Of a stretch of 32,000 bases of DNA, positions 7,664 through 17,345 are shown piece by piece. The position numbers were made by a program, and so were the translations under genes. Origin of the DNA: Candidatus Heimdallarchaeota archaeon. GTDB lineage: Archaea; Asgardarchaeota; Heimdallarchaeia; Heimdallarchaeales; Heimdallarchaeaceae. Below the pieces are notes generated by a model that made no database searches, had not been told where the DNA came from, and worked only from the letters and a program-made list of their open reading frames with translations. The number at the start of each line of letters is the position of its first letter. The stretch's first letter is position 1. Where the stretch lies: assembly GCA_030668875.1 (NCBI GenBank), contig DAOVER010000001.1:30001-62000 (forward strand), given 5' to 3'.

Positions 7664-10423
7664 CTAAATCATCTTTCTGATAATGTCTTTTGCTTGAATT
7701 AGAATAGTGGCTATTTTATCTACTGATGATCCTCCACCTATAGCTAATTCTCCTTTTCCTCCACCAGATCCACCAGCAATTTCTGATAATTCTTTTATTA
7801 CAGTTACGATATCAAAATCTAGCTCTTTATTTCTCGCTCCAATTAAAGTTACCCTATTATTATCTGAGGAAATAAGAACGCAAATACCATTCGGATAATG
7901 TTTAACAGCTTGAGTTGCTTGAAGAATCAACTCTTTTTGACCACCGCTTGTTTCTTGAACAAAAACATCAAGGTGTCCTATTTTCTCTGACTTTGTTGAA
8001 TTATTGGAATATTGTAACTCAGCAATTTTCTTTGTTAGAGATTCTATTGTTTTTTTCTGTTCCTTCCACTCATTGAAAAACCTCTTTGCTGTTTTTGGTA
8101 ACATTTTAGGTTCAACACTCATTATAGCAGAAGATTTTTTGAGTATATTTTCTTGTTCCTGGATGTATCTCAAAGCAGGTTCTCCAGCTAAAATATCCAA
8201 TCTTACAACGCCATCTTGTATCCTCTCACTACTTGTAAGTTTGATTATCCCGATGTCACTAGTATTATCTAAATGTGTTCCACCACAAGCTTCAATGTCC
8301 CATTCATCAATTGAAACGATATGGAGAGTTTTTCCAGGAACGACTCCACCTTGATAGATTTGAAATCCATAATCTCTCTCTGCTTCATCACGATCTAAGT
8401 TTACTTTAGAAATCTCTCTCTTCTCGAAGATAATTTTATTTGATGTATACTCTATTTCTTGGAGCTCTTCAGTGCTAACGGATTGGTAATGTGTAATGTC
8501 CAATCTTGCCTTTTTCTCTGTTTTGTCTGCTCCTGCTTGCCAAATATGTCTTCCTAATACCTCTCGAGCAGCACGATTTACAACATGAACTGCAGTGTGG
8601 TGACGCATTATTGCCATTCTTCTTTTTGCATCAATTTCTCCAGTAATGGACACTCCTTTCTTTAGGTCACATTTTTCTTTTAATTTATGCAAAATAGAAG
8701 AACCTTTTTTCATAACATCCACAACATGATATTTCTTATCCTTAAATTGAATAGTTCCTGTGTCATGAATTTGACCGCCTCCAGTAGGATAGAACATAGT
8801 TTTGTCAAGAATCAAATATTGGTTGTTAATGATGTCTAATACTTCTGCTGTAAATTGACTTTCGTAAACATTCTCGTAGTAGAGTGGATAGGTTTGATAC
8901 TCCTTTTCTAGTTGTATCTCTGCTTTATCTTCTATTCCCTCTTGTTGTTTCTTTTGTTCAGCAAAGTATTCTTCAAGCTTAATATAGAAATCTGCAGGTA
9001 CATCTATCTCTAAATTCTTTTCCTTTGCAAGTTCCTTAACCATCAAGGGATTGATGCCATTATTCTGGTAAAGATTTACAAGTGTTTTGAAACTGAATTC
9101 AGTTTTCTTTTGTAGTAGGTCATTAATTATTCTTCTACCAGATTTTTTAGTTTCGCTATAACGTTTAGTTTCTAAATCTACAATTTTATGAATTTCCTCT
9201 CTATGTTCCTTCACTCTTGGAAAGGAGATGCTTAGATTATTAATCTGAAGATCAAATAATTTTACGACAGAAAATTGCAGTTTATATAGTTCCTTCAAAG
9301 CAATGATTCTGCGTAGTAAAATTCTCAGATTATACCCCCCTCCAACATTAGATGGTATTGCACCATCTGCAATGGTCATGGATAAGGTTCGAGCATGGTC
9401 TCCAATTGCATATATTGCTTCTTGTGGTCCAAGAATATCAAGCATTTCTTTGTAAGACATGCCTAGCTTGCCAGCTAATTCAATTCGCTCTTCCTTTAGA
9501 TCCTTTACCTCTTCTACAGCTAAAAGACCAGATAACTTACTGTAATCCATTAGTAGTTTTTGATCAACTTTGTATCCATTTTCTTTTTGTAGATATTCAA
9601 TCACATTTGGGAAAATAGCCTCATAAATTGTTGGAGTACCTTGGGTAAACCATGATGTTCTATCAAGTCCCCACCCAACATCTATAACTTGCATATCAAG
9701 CTTCTTTACAGCTCCGTTTTCAAAACCATAGGCAATAAAAACATTATTTACTAATTCTGTTCCATATGCAAAAGCTTCAAGGTTAGGACCAAAATTTCCT
9801 CCACCAGACCAAATTCCTTCTCCATAAGTAATTTCTTCAGGTATGAGACCTATTTCTTCAGTTAGATATTTGAAATTTAACTCAATACAACGATCCATCC
9901 AGTAACCACCAGTCAGTTTTTCCGAATTAAACGAGTGCTGACCAAACATAACAAAACTTGTTAGATGTCTAGCTGTTTTTCCGATATTGTCTATATCTGA
10001 AAATTCTCCTCCTGTTCTTATGCACATCTGAGGCACAACTAATGGGTTTGCAGGTGGGTCAATAATGCCCTCCAATACCCATGGTTGAAAATCTGCAATG
10101 GAAGCAATTGTAAACTCCATATCAGCCCTCCATCTAGAAACAACAGGATAGTCTTTGATTGCAGTATGACCATTTTTCACAAAGAAGTCTGTTAAACTCT
10201 TAATAGTTTCATCAAAATTTAGGTTCTTTCCCTTTTTTCCTAAGAACTGGTATCCACCTGAACAACGGGTGTCACCACAAGTTTCTTGATCAGAAACTAA
10301 AGTCCAAAAATTGTGATTACAAATTGAACAAGATTTTCTAATGAAACCTCTTTCTTTGAAGAGTTTCACCTCATAATCCTCTCTTTTGAACCTTTCTTTT
10401 AGTTGTTTTCCAGATATAGGCAT
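7664..10423 (-). CDS. alaS: Alanine--tRNA ligase, archaeal type
   Basis: N-terminal CxxC...TCGD..C, FTIASIADFQP, RHLTSFVMFG, WSGGGNFGP, DVGWGLDR, editing domain HHTAVH and EACGGTH, C-Ala GGSGGGK. ATG 10423 (MPISGKQ) preferred over 10471. Confidence 0.97.
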   Translation of the reverse strand: MPISGKQLKERFKREDYEVKLFKERGFIRKSCSICNHNFWTLVSDQETCGDTRCSGGYQFLGKKGKNLNFDETIKSLTDFFVKNGHTAIKDYPVVSRWRADMEFTIASIADFQPWVLEGIIDPPANPLVVPQMCIRTGGEFSDIDNIGKTARHLTSFVMFGQHSFNSEKLTGGYWMDRCIELNFKYLTEEIGLIPEEITYGEGIWSGGGNFGPNLEAFAYGTELVNNVFIAYGFENGAVKKLDMQVIDVGWGLDRTSWFTQGTPTIYEAIFPNVIEYLQKENGYKVDQKLLMDYSKLSGLLAVEEVKDLKEERIELAGKLGMSYKEMLDILGPQEAIYAIGDHARTLSMTIADGAIPSNVGGGYNLRILLRRIIALKELYKLQFSVVKLFDLQINNLSISFPRVKEHREEIHKIVDLETKRYSETKKSGRRIINDLLQKKTEFSFKTLVNLYQNNGINPLMVKELAKEKNLEIDVPADFYIKLEEYFAEQKKQQEGIEDKAEIQLEKEYQTYPLYYENVYESQFTAEVLDIINNQYLILDKTMFYPTGGGQIHDTGTIQFKDKKYHVVDVMKKGSSILHKLKEKCDLKKGVSITGEIDAKRRMAIMRHHTAVHVVNRAAREVLGRHIWQAGADKTEKKARLDITHYQSVSTEELQEIEYTSNKIIFEKREISKVNLDRDEAERDYGFQIYQGGVVPGKTLHIVSIDEWDIEACGGTHLDNTSDIGIIKLTSSERIQDGVVRLDILAGEPALRYIQEQENILKKSSAIMSVEPKMLPKTAKRFFNEWKEQKKTIESLTKKIAELQYSNNSTKSEKIGHLDVFVQETSGGQKELILQATQAVKHYPNGICVLISSDNNRVTLIGARNKELDFDIVTVIKELSEIAGGSGGGKGELAIGGGSSVDKIATILIQAKDIIRKMI

Positions 10424-10529
10424 TAGTAATCTATTATTAGAAAAGAGCTGAAATATAATAAAATTTTGCATTAATATTAAATTTATTGAGTGACAATATC
10501 TTTTTAAGAGTTTTTTACAGCATTTTTGT

Positions 10530-11720
10530 ATGAAAGAGATAAGAATTGAAGAATTACGAGGAGAAGATATTGATCCGATACTCGAAATGGCTTTTTATGC
10601 TTTTTTCAGCTCTCCTGGTAATCTCGAGCAAATGATTAAAAATAAATCATTCTTCAAAGAAGATCTGTGTTTAGCTCTTTATGAAAATGATGAAGTTGTA
10701 GCGGGATTAATGTGTAAGCCCATTATGCAAAATGTTCGAGGAAAAATCAGATCCATGTGTGGAGTTGCAGAAGTTGTAACTAAACCTGAAGCTCGAAGGC
10801 AAGGTTACTCTAAAAAGTTGATGAATCTGGCTCTCAAGAAAATGAAAGAACAAGGACAGATATTTTCTACATTATATCCTTTCAAAGAATCGTTTTACGA
10901 AAAATTAGGCTATATTACTTTCCCCCAATATAGAAATGCTATTTTCTCACCAACCTCTTTAGTTGGTTTATTGAAGGAAAATTATGAAGGAAAAGTTGAA
11001 AGAGTTAACATAAAAAATGGTTTAGATATTTATCTAAATTTCTTAGAAAAAATTCAGAAAAAGGTTCATGGAATGGGGATAAAACATAGAACTGAGCAAG
11101 AACGTTTAAAGGAATCACCAAATTTTTGGTTAGCAATTGCTAGAAATAACAAAGATGAAGTAATTGGTATTATGACTTATCGAATAACTGGTTTCTGGAA
11201 GGAAATAAAGGTTAGAAGTTTCTTCTATGATAACTCTCTCGCAAAGTATTTACTCTTACAATGGTTAGCACATCATTCAGACCAAGTTAGAGAAGTCCAT
11301 TTACCTGTTCCTCATCATACCTATCCTGAAACATGGTACAATGATACATTCTGGGGAGAGAAAGGGAAAATTATGAATAGAGAATGGGTGCCTTCTGTGA
11401 TGGGTAGAGTTGTTATTGTAGATGAATTATCTGGAATGAATGTTGGAAAAGGGAAAGTGTCAATTAAGATCACAGATGAGCAATGTGAATGGAATAATAA
11501 TTCATATGCATTTACAAGTAATAATGGTGTTCTAGAAGTTTCAGAAACTTCAGATTATGACTGTGAACTTACTATACAAGGATTTTCTGCAATTATTTAT
11601 GGTTGTTATAACTTGAATGATTTTTCTTTCAAAAAATGGGGCGTTATTTCTGAAGAAACTAAAACCAAAATTAATAATCTATTTCCACCAGCCTATCCAT
11701 ATCTGCATGCTGACTTCTGA
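10530..11720 (+). CDS. Eis-family GNAT acetyltransferase with C-terminal SCP2-like domain
   Basis: Acetyl-CoA motif V.TKPEARRQGYSKKLM, LYPF...FYEKLGY, second GNAT lobe, I.ITD..C.WN, C-terminal P....DF. Confidence 0.85.
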   Translation: MKEIRIEELRGEDIDPILEMAFYAFFSSPGNLEQMIKNKSFFKEDLCLALYENDEVVAGLMCKPIMQNVRGKIRSMCGVAEVVTKPEARRQGYSKKLMNLALKKMKEQGQIFSTLYPFKESFYEKLGYITFPQYRNAIFSPTSLVGLLKENYEGKVERVNIKNGLDIYLNFLEKIQKKVHGMGIKHRTEQERLKESPNFWLAIARNNKDEVIGIMTYRITGFWKEIKVRSFFYDNSLAKYLLLQWLAHHSDQVREVHLPVPHHTYPETWYNDTFWGEKGKIMNREWVPSVMGRVVIVDELSGMNVGKGKVSIKITDEQCEWNNNSYAFTSNNGVLEVSETSDYDCELTIQGFSAIIYGCYNLNDFSFKKWGVISEETKTKINNLFPPAYPYLHADF

Positions 11721-11741
11721 CTTACAGAAGTCTCTCACTTT

Positions 11742-12719
11742 TTACATTAAAGCTTCCCAGACAGTTGGAGCAGAATCTGGGTAAAAATTCTTTATATCTT
11801 TTATTTCAATTGCAATTTGGCCAGTTTTTCCATGAATAGAGTACGGCATCCTACTAACTCTATTGGTGTCCATGGTTACTTTTCTATCAATTCTTGGATA
11901 ACGGCGTAAAATAATCTCACTAGAGAGTTTCTTTCTAACAACTGAATCATTGGGGATGAGAATGTTATATTTTGTGTGATCAAAATCATCACTATTTTGA
12001 ACTTGTTTTATAATATCTTTTGCCTTATTTACAGATATGCCAAATTCATGTAGTTTTTTAGGAGTTATTTTTTCAAGATACGATTTGGCAGTAAGAGCAT
12101 AAATCCTATTTCTCAAAGGTTTAGATTCATTAGGAATTTCATCTATAGATTGAGATCGTTTTTCATCATGTATAAATGTAAGATAATCTAGAATAGCAAC
12201 TCTTTGATTTTTATCAAATGTTTGGATAAGTGGATCCCTTACCCATCCATGTACTCCTCTTCTTCCAGAAAAAATCCAGATGATATCGTTAAAACCAAAA
12301 TCTTCTCGCATTGTTTGATCAATAAAGACTGCTGCATCTTGAACAAGAGACCAGCATTCTTTACAGTATTGAGCACCTTGACAACCACAGGTTCTCACTA
12401 AATCATATTCATCAATATCAATATCATAGATAAATTCCCGATAGTTCCACTTTAGTTTCTGTATTGGATGTTCTTTTGATGGAGGAGTATCAAAAACTGC
12501 ACCGACATAGGCATCCTTTACAGAATTATTAACCATAAACTCAAGCATTTTTTCTGTGTTCTGAAAAGAAATATTTCTCACAAATCTATTATTACCAACA
12601 ACAAACCCAAATTCTCTTTTTTTAAAATTAGAGAGACCTATAAATGACATGAATTTCTCAACTGGGAATTTTTTTTCGTAATATGCAGAAATTACTTCAG
12701 GTGTCAACTTCTTTTCCAT
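11742..12719 (-). CDS. priS: DNA primase small (catalytic) subunit, eukaryote-like
   Basis: REFGF, catalytic DIDID, Zn motif CGC..[34 protein letters not shown]. Confidence 0.95.
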   Translation of the reverse strand: [325 protein letters not shown]

Positions 12720-12721
12720 AT

Positions 12722-14089
12722 CTAGGCCTTCTTTTGCTTATCACTTGTTTTTGAATTGTCTGTTGTAGTTTCCTTCTTCTTATAGAAGCGTTTGTATGCA
12801 TCTTGGGAATATTTTAACATGTGATTTATTTGAAATCCTCTAACTTTCCAACCAGTTAATAATGTGAAATACCTTGCGCATGCTGATTGATATCTTTGAT
12901 TTATGATTAATCTGGAAATTTCCTCTATCGCTTTATCTACAACTTCACTATTTCTTTTAGACATCTTTACTTTGATGTCTTCGTTAATGTCTTCGAGTTT
13001 TTTGTGAGCCCAATAACAGTAATATCCATTGATACAAGTTTTGCAGCTTGGAGGGTCGTAGTCAACTCCACCTCCAGTTTTACCATAAATGTGATTGATT
13101 TGGTATCCTACACGTTGAACAAATTCGTCATAAGACATACCCACATTATCAATTGAATTACTATACCAAAATCGTAATTGGTCATCTACACTCATACCTA
13201 TTCTTTTCAAAAAAGTTCCTAGTTGCCAGTTCTCTACATGGGATAGATGACCTTTAGCTTGTAGTGTGGCAACCAATTCTTGAATGCATGGGGGAAATAT
13301 ATCTGGTTTGGTGTGGATGGCATCACCATCAGCAAAACCTAGGTTCTTGAAATCCCCTGAATATCTTGTTGATCTCGCAATTTTTGATATTCTATCTTTG
13401 ATTGGTTTAACAGTTACTTCTAAATCCTCATCCTTTTCGATTAAAACTTTAGATTTTTCTATAACATCTTTTAGTTGTTTCTCAAACTCTCTTTTTACTG
13501 CAAGTCGGATATCAGCTAGTCTAACAATCCCCCAACCTTTGTAGAGCAAAGCTTTCTTTGCTCCAACGACCTTAGGGATTTTATGAAAACGGACAGCTAA
13601 TCTTGTATCTAGAACCTTAACCTTCGATCCATATTTTTGTTTTGATTTTGCATACTTACCAGATCTGTAAACTGAGTCTGCTAGATTGAATTCGCGGTTA
13701 AGATTTATTTTGAAAAGTTCATTAATTTCTTCTGTAGTCTTTACGTTATCTTGTCCATATAAATCTTTTAGAACTTGGATTCTTTCCTCAGATTTATTAC
13801 TACTGATAAAACGGAATTCGAAAAGATCTCCTTCAACTTCTACTAGCCAAGAACTTAATCTTGGATCTGTTGATACAGCAAGTCTAAGAAGAAGATGACC
13901 TCCTATCTCTTCTGATATGGTTGAAACCCAATCATCGTCAGACATCCAGGAAGGTCTATTGATAATCCAATCATCTTCTGCTAAAAAACGTTCTAATCTT
14001 GTTTCTGCGAACTTGTACCAACTAGCGACATTTATAGTAATGTCTCCTGGGTCTTTTAAGACATACCAATCTGGAAGTTCAACAGACAT
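12722..14089 (-). CDS. priL: DNA primase large subunit with Fe-S domain, eukaryote-like
   Basis: HLLLRLA...W.[31 protein letters not shown]..G...Y.[18 protein letters not shown]; its stop is 2 nt before the priS ATG. Confidence 0.92.
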   Translation of the reverse strand: [455 protein letters not shown]

Positions 14090-14116
14090 GAGATATTCCT
14101 TTCTCTAATCTCTTAG

Positions 14117-15259
14117 TTAGTCTGACTTATTAAAAAATTGTGCTAAAGTTTTTTGATGAGCATCTATCTTTTTAAGATTTGATATTTTTACTCCAACTAA
14201 TCTTATACTCGAAGGATCTTTTGAAGAATATTCTCCTAATAGGGTCTTTACGGCCTCTCTGACTTGCCTTTCAGATGTTTCATGACAGGTAAGAGAATGA
14301 GCTCGTGTAGCTGTTTCAAAATCATTGAACCTTATTTTTAGAGATATAGTTCTAAAGTGCATTTTCTTGTCTTTAGCTTTTGAGACTATGGTTTTTATTG
14401 CAGAATCGATATGAACCCAAATATCCAACCATGAACTATAATTATTGAAGAAGGTACGCTCTTCGCTTATCGATTTCCTTTCGTGACCGTTGAATTTTTC
14501 ATCAGTTTTTTCTGTATTATAACCATTGACAAGTTTCCATGTCTTCAAACCATATTTTCCGAACTTTTGAAATACAAGCTGATAGAATAAATTAGCTAAA
14601 TCACCGCATGTTTCTATAGAATTGTTCTGAAATACTTGGTAACTTTTTTTACCTATTCCAGGAATAGCTGTTATTTTTAATGGTGCAAGAAAATCACTTA
14701 TCTCTAATGGTTTTACTACAGTTAATCCATCAGGTTTATCCACCTCACTGGCAATTTTAGCTAATATTTTTGTTGGTGCAACACCTATTGAGCAGGTTAA
14801 ATGTTCACTCGCAAGGATATCGTCTTTTAATTCAGTTGCTAGCCTTCTAGCTTCTTCATAGTCACTAACAACATTGGTGACGTCAAGATATGCTTCATCA
14901 TTTCCTGCTATCTTCATAATTGGAGAATAATCGGATAAGATTTTCATTATATTCTCTGATACTTTAGAGTAGAGCTTGAAAGTTCCTCTGACAATTGTAA
15001 CGTGAGGACATAATTTCACTGCTTGAGAAATTGGCATACCTGAATGAATACCATACTCTCTGGCTTCGTAAGAGCAAGTGCTTACTACCCCTCTCTTTGT
15101 TTGAGGATTACCTCCTACAATTAGAGGAATACCAGAAAGTTTTGGATTTTCACGTATTTCAACATTAGCAAAAAAAGCATCCAAATCCATATACAAGATG
15201 ATTTTATCAAATGTTTGCTCCTTCTCTGAGAAATATGTCATTTGATTGACTAATGTCAT
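14117..15259 (-). CDS. dinB: Y-family DNA polymerase IV (DinB/Dpo4) with C-terminal PIP box
   Basis: YMDLDAFFANVE, CSYEAREYGIHSGMP, DEAYLD, CSIGVAPTKILAKIAS..KPDG, IPGIG, little finger RKSISEERTF, IRLVGV; C-terminal QKTLAQFF. Confidence 0.95.
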   Translation of the reverse strand: MTLVNQMTYFSEKEQTFDKIILYMDLDAFFANVEIRENPKLSGIPLIVGGNPQTKRGVVSTCSYEAREYGIHSGMPISQAVKLCPHVTIVRGTFKLYSKVSENIMKILSDYSPIMKIAGNDEAYLDVTNVVSDYEEARRLATELKDDILASEHLTCSIGVAPTKILAKIASEVDKPDGLTVVKPLEISDFLAPLKITAIPGIGKKSYQVFQNNSIETCGDLANLFYQLVFQKFGKYGLKTWKLVNGYNTEKTDEKFNGHERKSISEERTFFNNYSSWLDIWVHIDSAIKTIVSKAKDKKMHFRTISLKIRFNDFETATRAHSLTCHETSERQVREAVKTLLGEYSSKDPSSIRLVGVKISNLKKIDAHQKTLAQFFNKSD

Positions 15260-15278
15260 ATTAATATATAGTGATTTT

Positions 15279-15286
15279 AATATAAA
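15279..15286 (-). promoter_or_regulatory. Putative TATA box of dinB (TTTATATT), directly after the T-rich terminator of the upstream gene
   Basis: Lies 20-27 nt upstream of ATG 15259, preceded on the minus strand by T5-T7 runs. Confidence 0.4.
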
Positions 15287-15317
15287 AATACAAAAAAGAA
15301 AAAAATGAAGAAAAGTA

Positions 15318-17345
15318 TTATTTTCTTCTATTCACAAAGAAAATCGCTGTTAAACCAATTAACCCAATTATTACAATGAATAATCCTATTTCTGTGAATC
15401 CAGTAACAGCTGTAACATCTACATCTCCAGGAGATGGAGTGTCAATTATGAAATCGGTGTTACAGTTGTTAGTATCTTCATTAGCTGGAGATCTTTGTAA
15501 AGTTTCATCCTCTCCTGTGGAAGAACCACTCCATGAAGTTGTACCAGATGCACTCCCTGATCCCCAAGCAACTGCATCTTTGGCATTTCCTGCTGAATCT
15601 TTTAGTATTACTTCATCACCAGTATTTCCAAGAGCTAAATTTCCAAGACCATAATCTGCTGAAGATACCGAGATACCTAAGGCACTCATTTCGCTAACAT
15701 AAGTTGCACTATCTTGAGCAAATACTAGAACCTCATCACTAATAATCTGAGCTCCTTCCGGCATTGTGAATACACCTTCATTGTCTGTTATCGTCCATCC
15801 TTCTATAGATAAAGCAAAACTAAAACCGTTATAGATTTCAGCATACTCACCATTTGGTTCTGAATCTCCATCATACCTAACTTCTGAAATTAAGAGCAAC
15901 CAATCTCCAGTATTGATAACATTAACCTCTTTTTCGATTTCTATCGGACTTCCCACTGTAGGTATTCCAATTAGTTTGATTGTGTGAATGCCATCAGTAT
16001 ATGATGTTGTATCAACGCTTTTGCTAACAATACCAATAGGATTTGTCCATGTATGTATTGAAACAGAATCTATCAGTAGTTCACCTGAAGTATATGTGTT
16101 TACTGCAAATGAAGCTTGGAAATTATAATTTCCAGAAGCAATACCACCTGGAGTTGGTGACACAAGAGCAACAGGTTGAGCAAAACCAACTGGAGTTTCT
16201 CCAGCAGCCCAATCATAATCAAAAACTGTTTTGAAATAAGCTGCTACATTTGCATTCTTTACTATTGCTCCAGCTTCCCTGTTATTTTCAAACGAGTTAT
16301 TAGACCAGTTTATGCTAGAAACTTGAACTGTTTCATCATCTACTGAAATATACTTATTGTGATCAGTCATTCCTTTGAAGAACTTAACTTGAATTCCATT
16401 ATTAATCAATAATTCAGTAACATTTTCAGTAGATGTACCTGGTTCTGGAATAAGGACCCTTACAGATACTCCTCTTAAAGCAGCATCAATAATATCATAC
16501 AAGGCATCACAACTAAATTTGATATATTGTAACTCTAAATCGATTGAAGTGGTAGCATTAGCGATCATACTAGAAATTAGTTCATAACTGTTATCCGGGG
16601 AGAATATTGGAGTTACTTCAGCATATTCAACAAAGATAGCAGGAGAAAATGGGTGTTCATATGTACCACTTGTTTCTGCTGTTTGTAATGCACCTCCATG
16701 AGCTATTACTGAATATGGTGTAGAAATTAGACCATCATCAGTAAACACATCTTCGTAATATAATGCTATGCTAACATCATTAAATACAAATCCCATCTCT
16801 CTATTTGTTCTCGCTTCAGGTGATTCTGGTATGCTTGATGGTGCCCAGTTACCTGAATAAACGTATGCGATTTGATGGTCAACAATCCAGAACTTTGCGT
16901 GTGTGTAAACAAATGAAGAATTTGTCCAGTATACATCAATTCCAGCTACATATAATCGATATGCAGCTTCCTCTGTGTAGTCATCCTCATAAGTGTTAAA
17001 TCTATCGTCAGACAATTGAACAATAACTTCAACTCCTCTACCATGTGCAGCTATTAATTCATCAACCAGAGATTCACTTGATAGTGTGTAGACTTCTAAA
17101 TAAAAGGAAGTTACTGCATTCTTGATTGATCCTAATACTACAGCGTGAGCATTATCAGGTCCTACAAAAGTTGTGATATTTATCGTTCCTGAGAAAGTTG
17201 TTGTTGTAATAGCATCAATTGTTGCATCAGTAGGTGTGTGTATGCTAGATTCTTCTCCAGAAATAGGATTTGAAAAATCAAGAACTACAAACGAACTGAT
17301 TAGTAAAACTAACAAGAAAAAATTAGTAATCTTTATTCTTTTCAT
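15318..17345 (-). CDS. Secreted, membrane-anchored phospholipase D/nuclease superfamily protein with Ig-like and lamin-tail (LTD) domains
   Basis: Signal peptide; two HKD motifs (HAKFWIVD..SGNW; HNKYISVD..SSINWS, NNREAG); Ig-like DTTSYTDG.HTI; LTD LLISEV.YD....GEYAEIYN..GWTITD..LGNTGD.V.L.D; C-terminal TM + RRK. Confidence 0.85.
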   Translation of the reverse strand: MKRIKITNFFLLVLLISSFVVLDFSNPISGEESSIHTPTDATIDAITTTTFSGTINITTFVGPDNAHAVVLGSIKNAVTSFYLEVYTLSSESLVDELIAAHGRGVEVIVQLSDDRFNTYEDDYTEEAAYRLYVAGIDVYWTNSSFVYTHAKFWIVDHQIAYVYSGNWAPSSIPESPEARTNREMGFVFNDVSIALYYEDVFTDDGLISTPYSVIAHGGALQTAETSGTYEHPFSPAIFVEYAEVTPIFSPDNSYELISSMIANATTSIDLELQYIKFSCDALYDIIDAALRGVSVRVLIPEPGTSTENVTELLINNGIQVKFFKGMTDHNKYISVDDETVQVSSINWSNNSFENNREAGAIVKNANVAAYFKTVFDYDWAAGETPVGFAQPVALVSPTPGGIASGNYNFQASFAVNTYTSGELLIDSVSIHTWTNPIGIVSKSVDTTSYTDGIHTIKLIGIPTVGSPIEIEKEVNVINTGDWLLLISEVRYDGDSEPNGEYAEIYNGFSFALSIEGWTITDNEGVFTMPEGAQIISDEVLVFAQDSATYVSEMSALGISVSSADYGLGNLALGNTGDEVILKDSAGNAKDAVAWGSGSASGTTSWSGSSTGEDETLQRSPANEDTNNCNTDFIIDTPSPGDVDVTAVTGFTEIGLFIVIIGLIGLTAIFFVNRRK

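Noticed and set aside
14895-14915. DinB active-site variant GNDEAY instead of SIDEAY
   Set aside because: The catalytic Asp-Glu pair is intact, so this is probably ordinary family variation.
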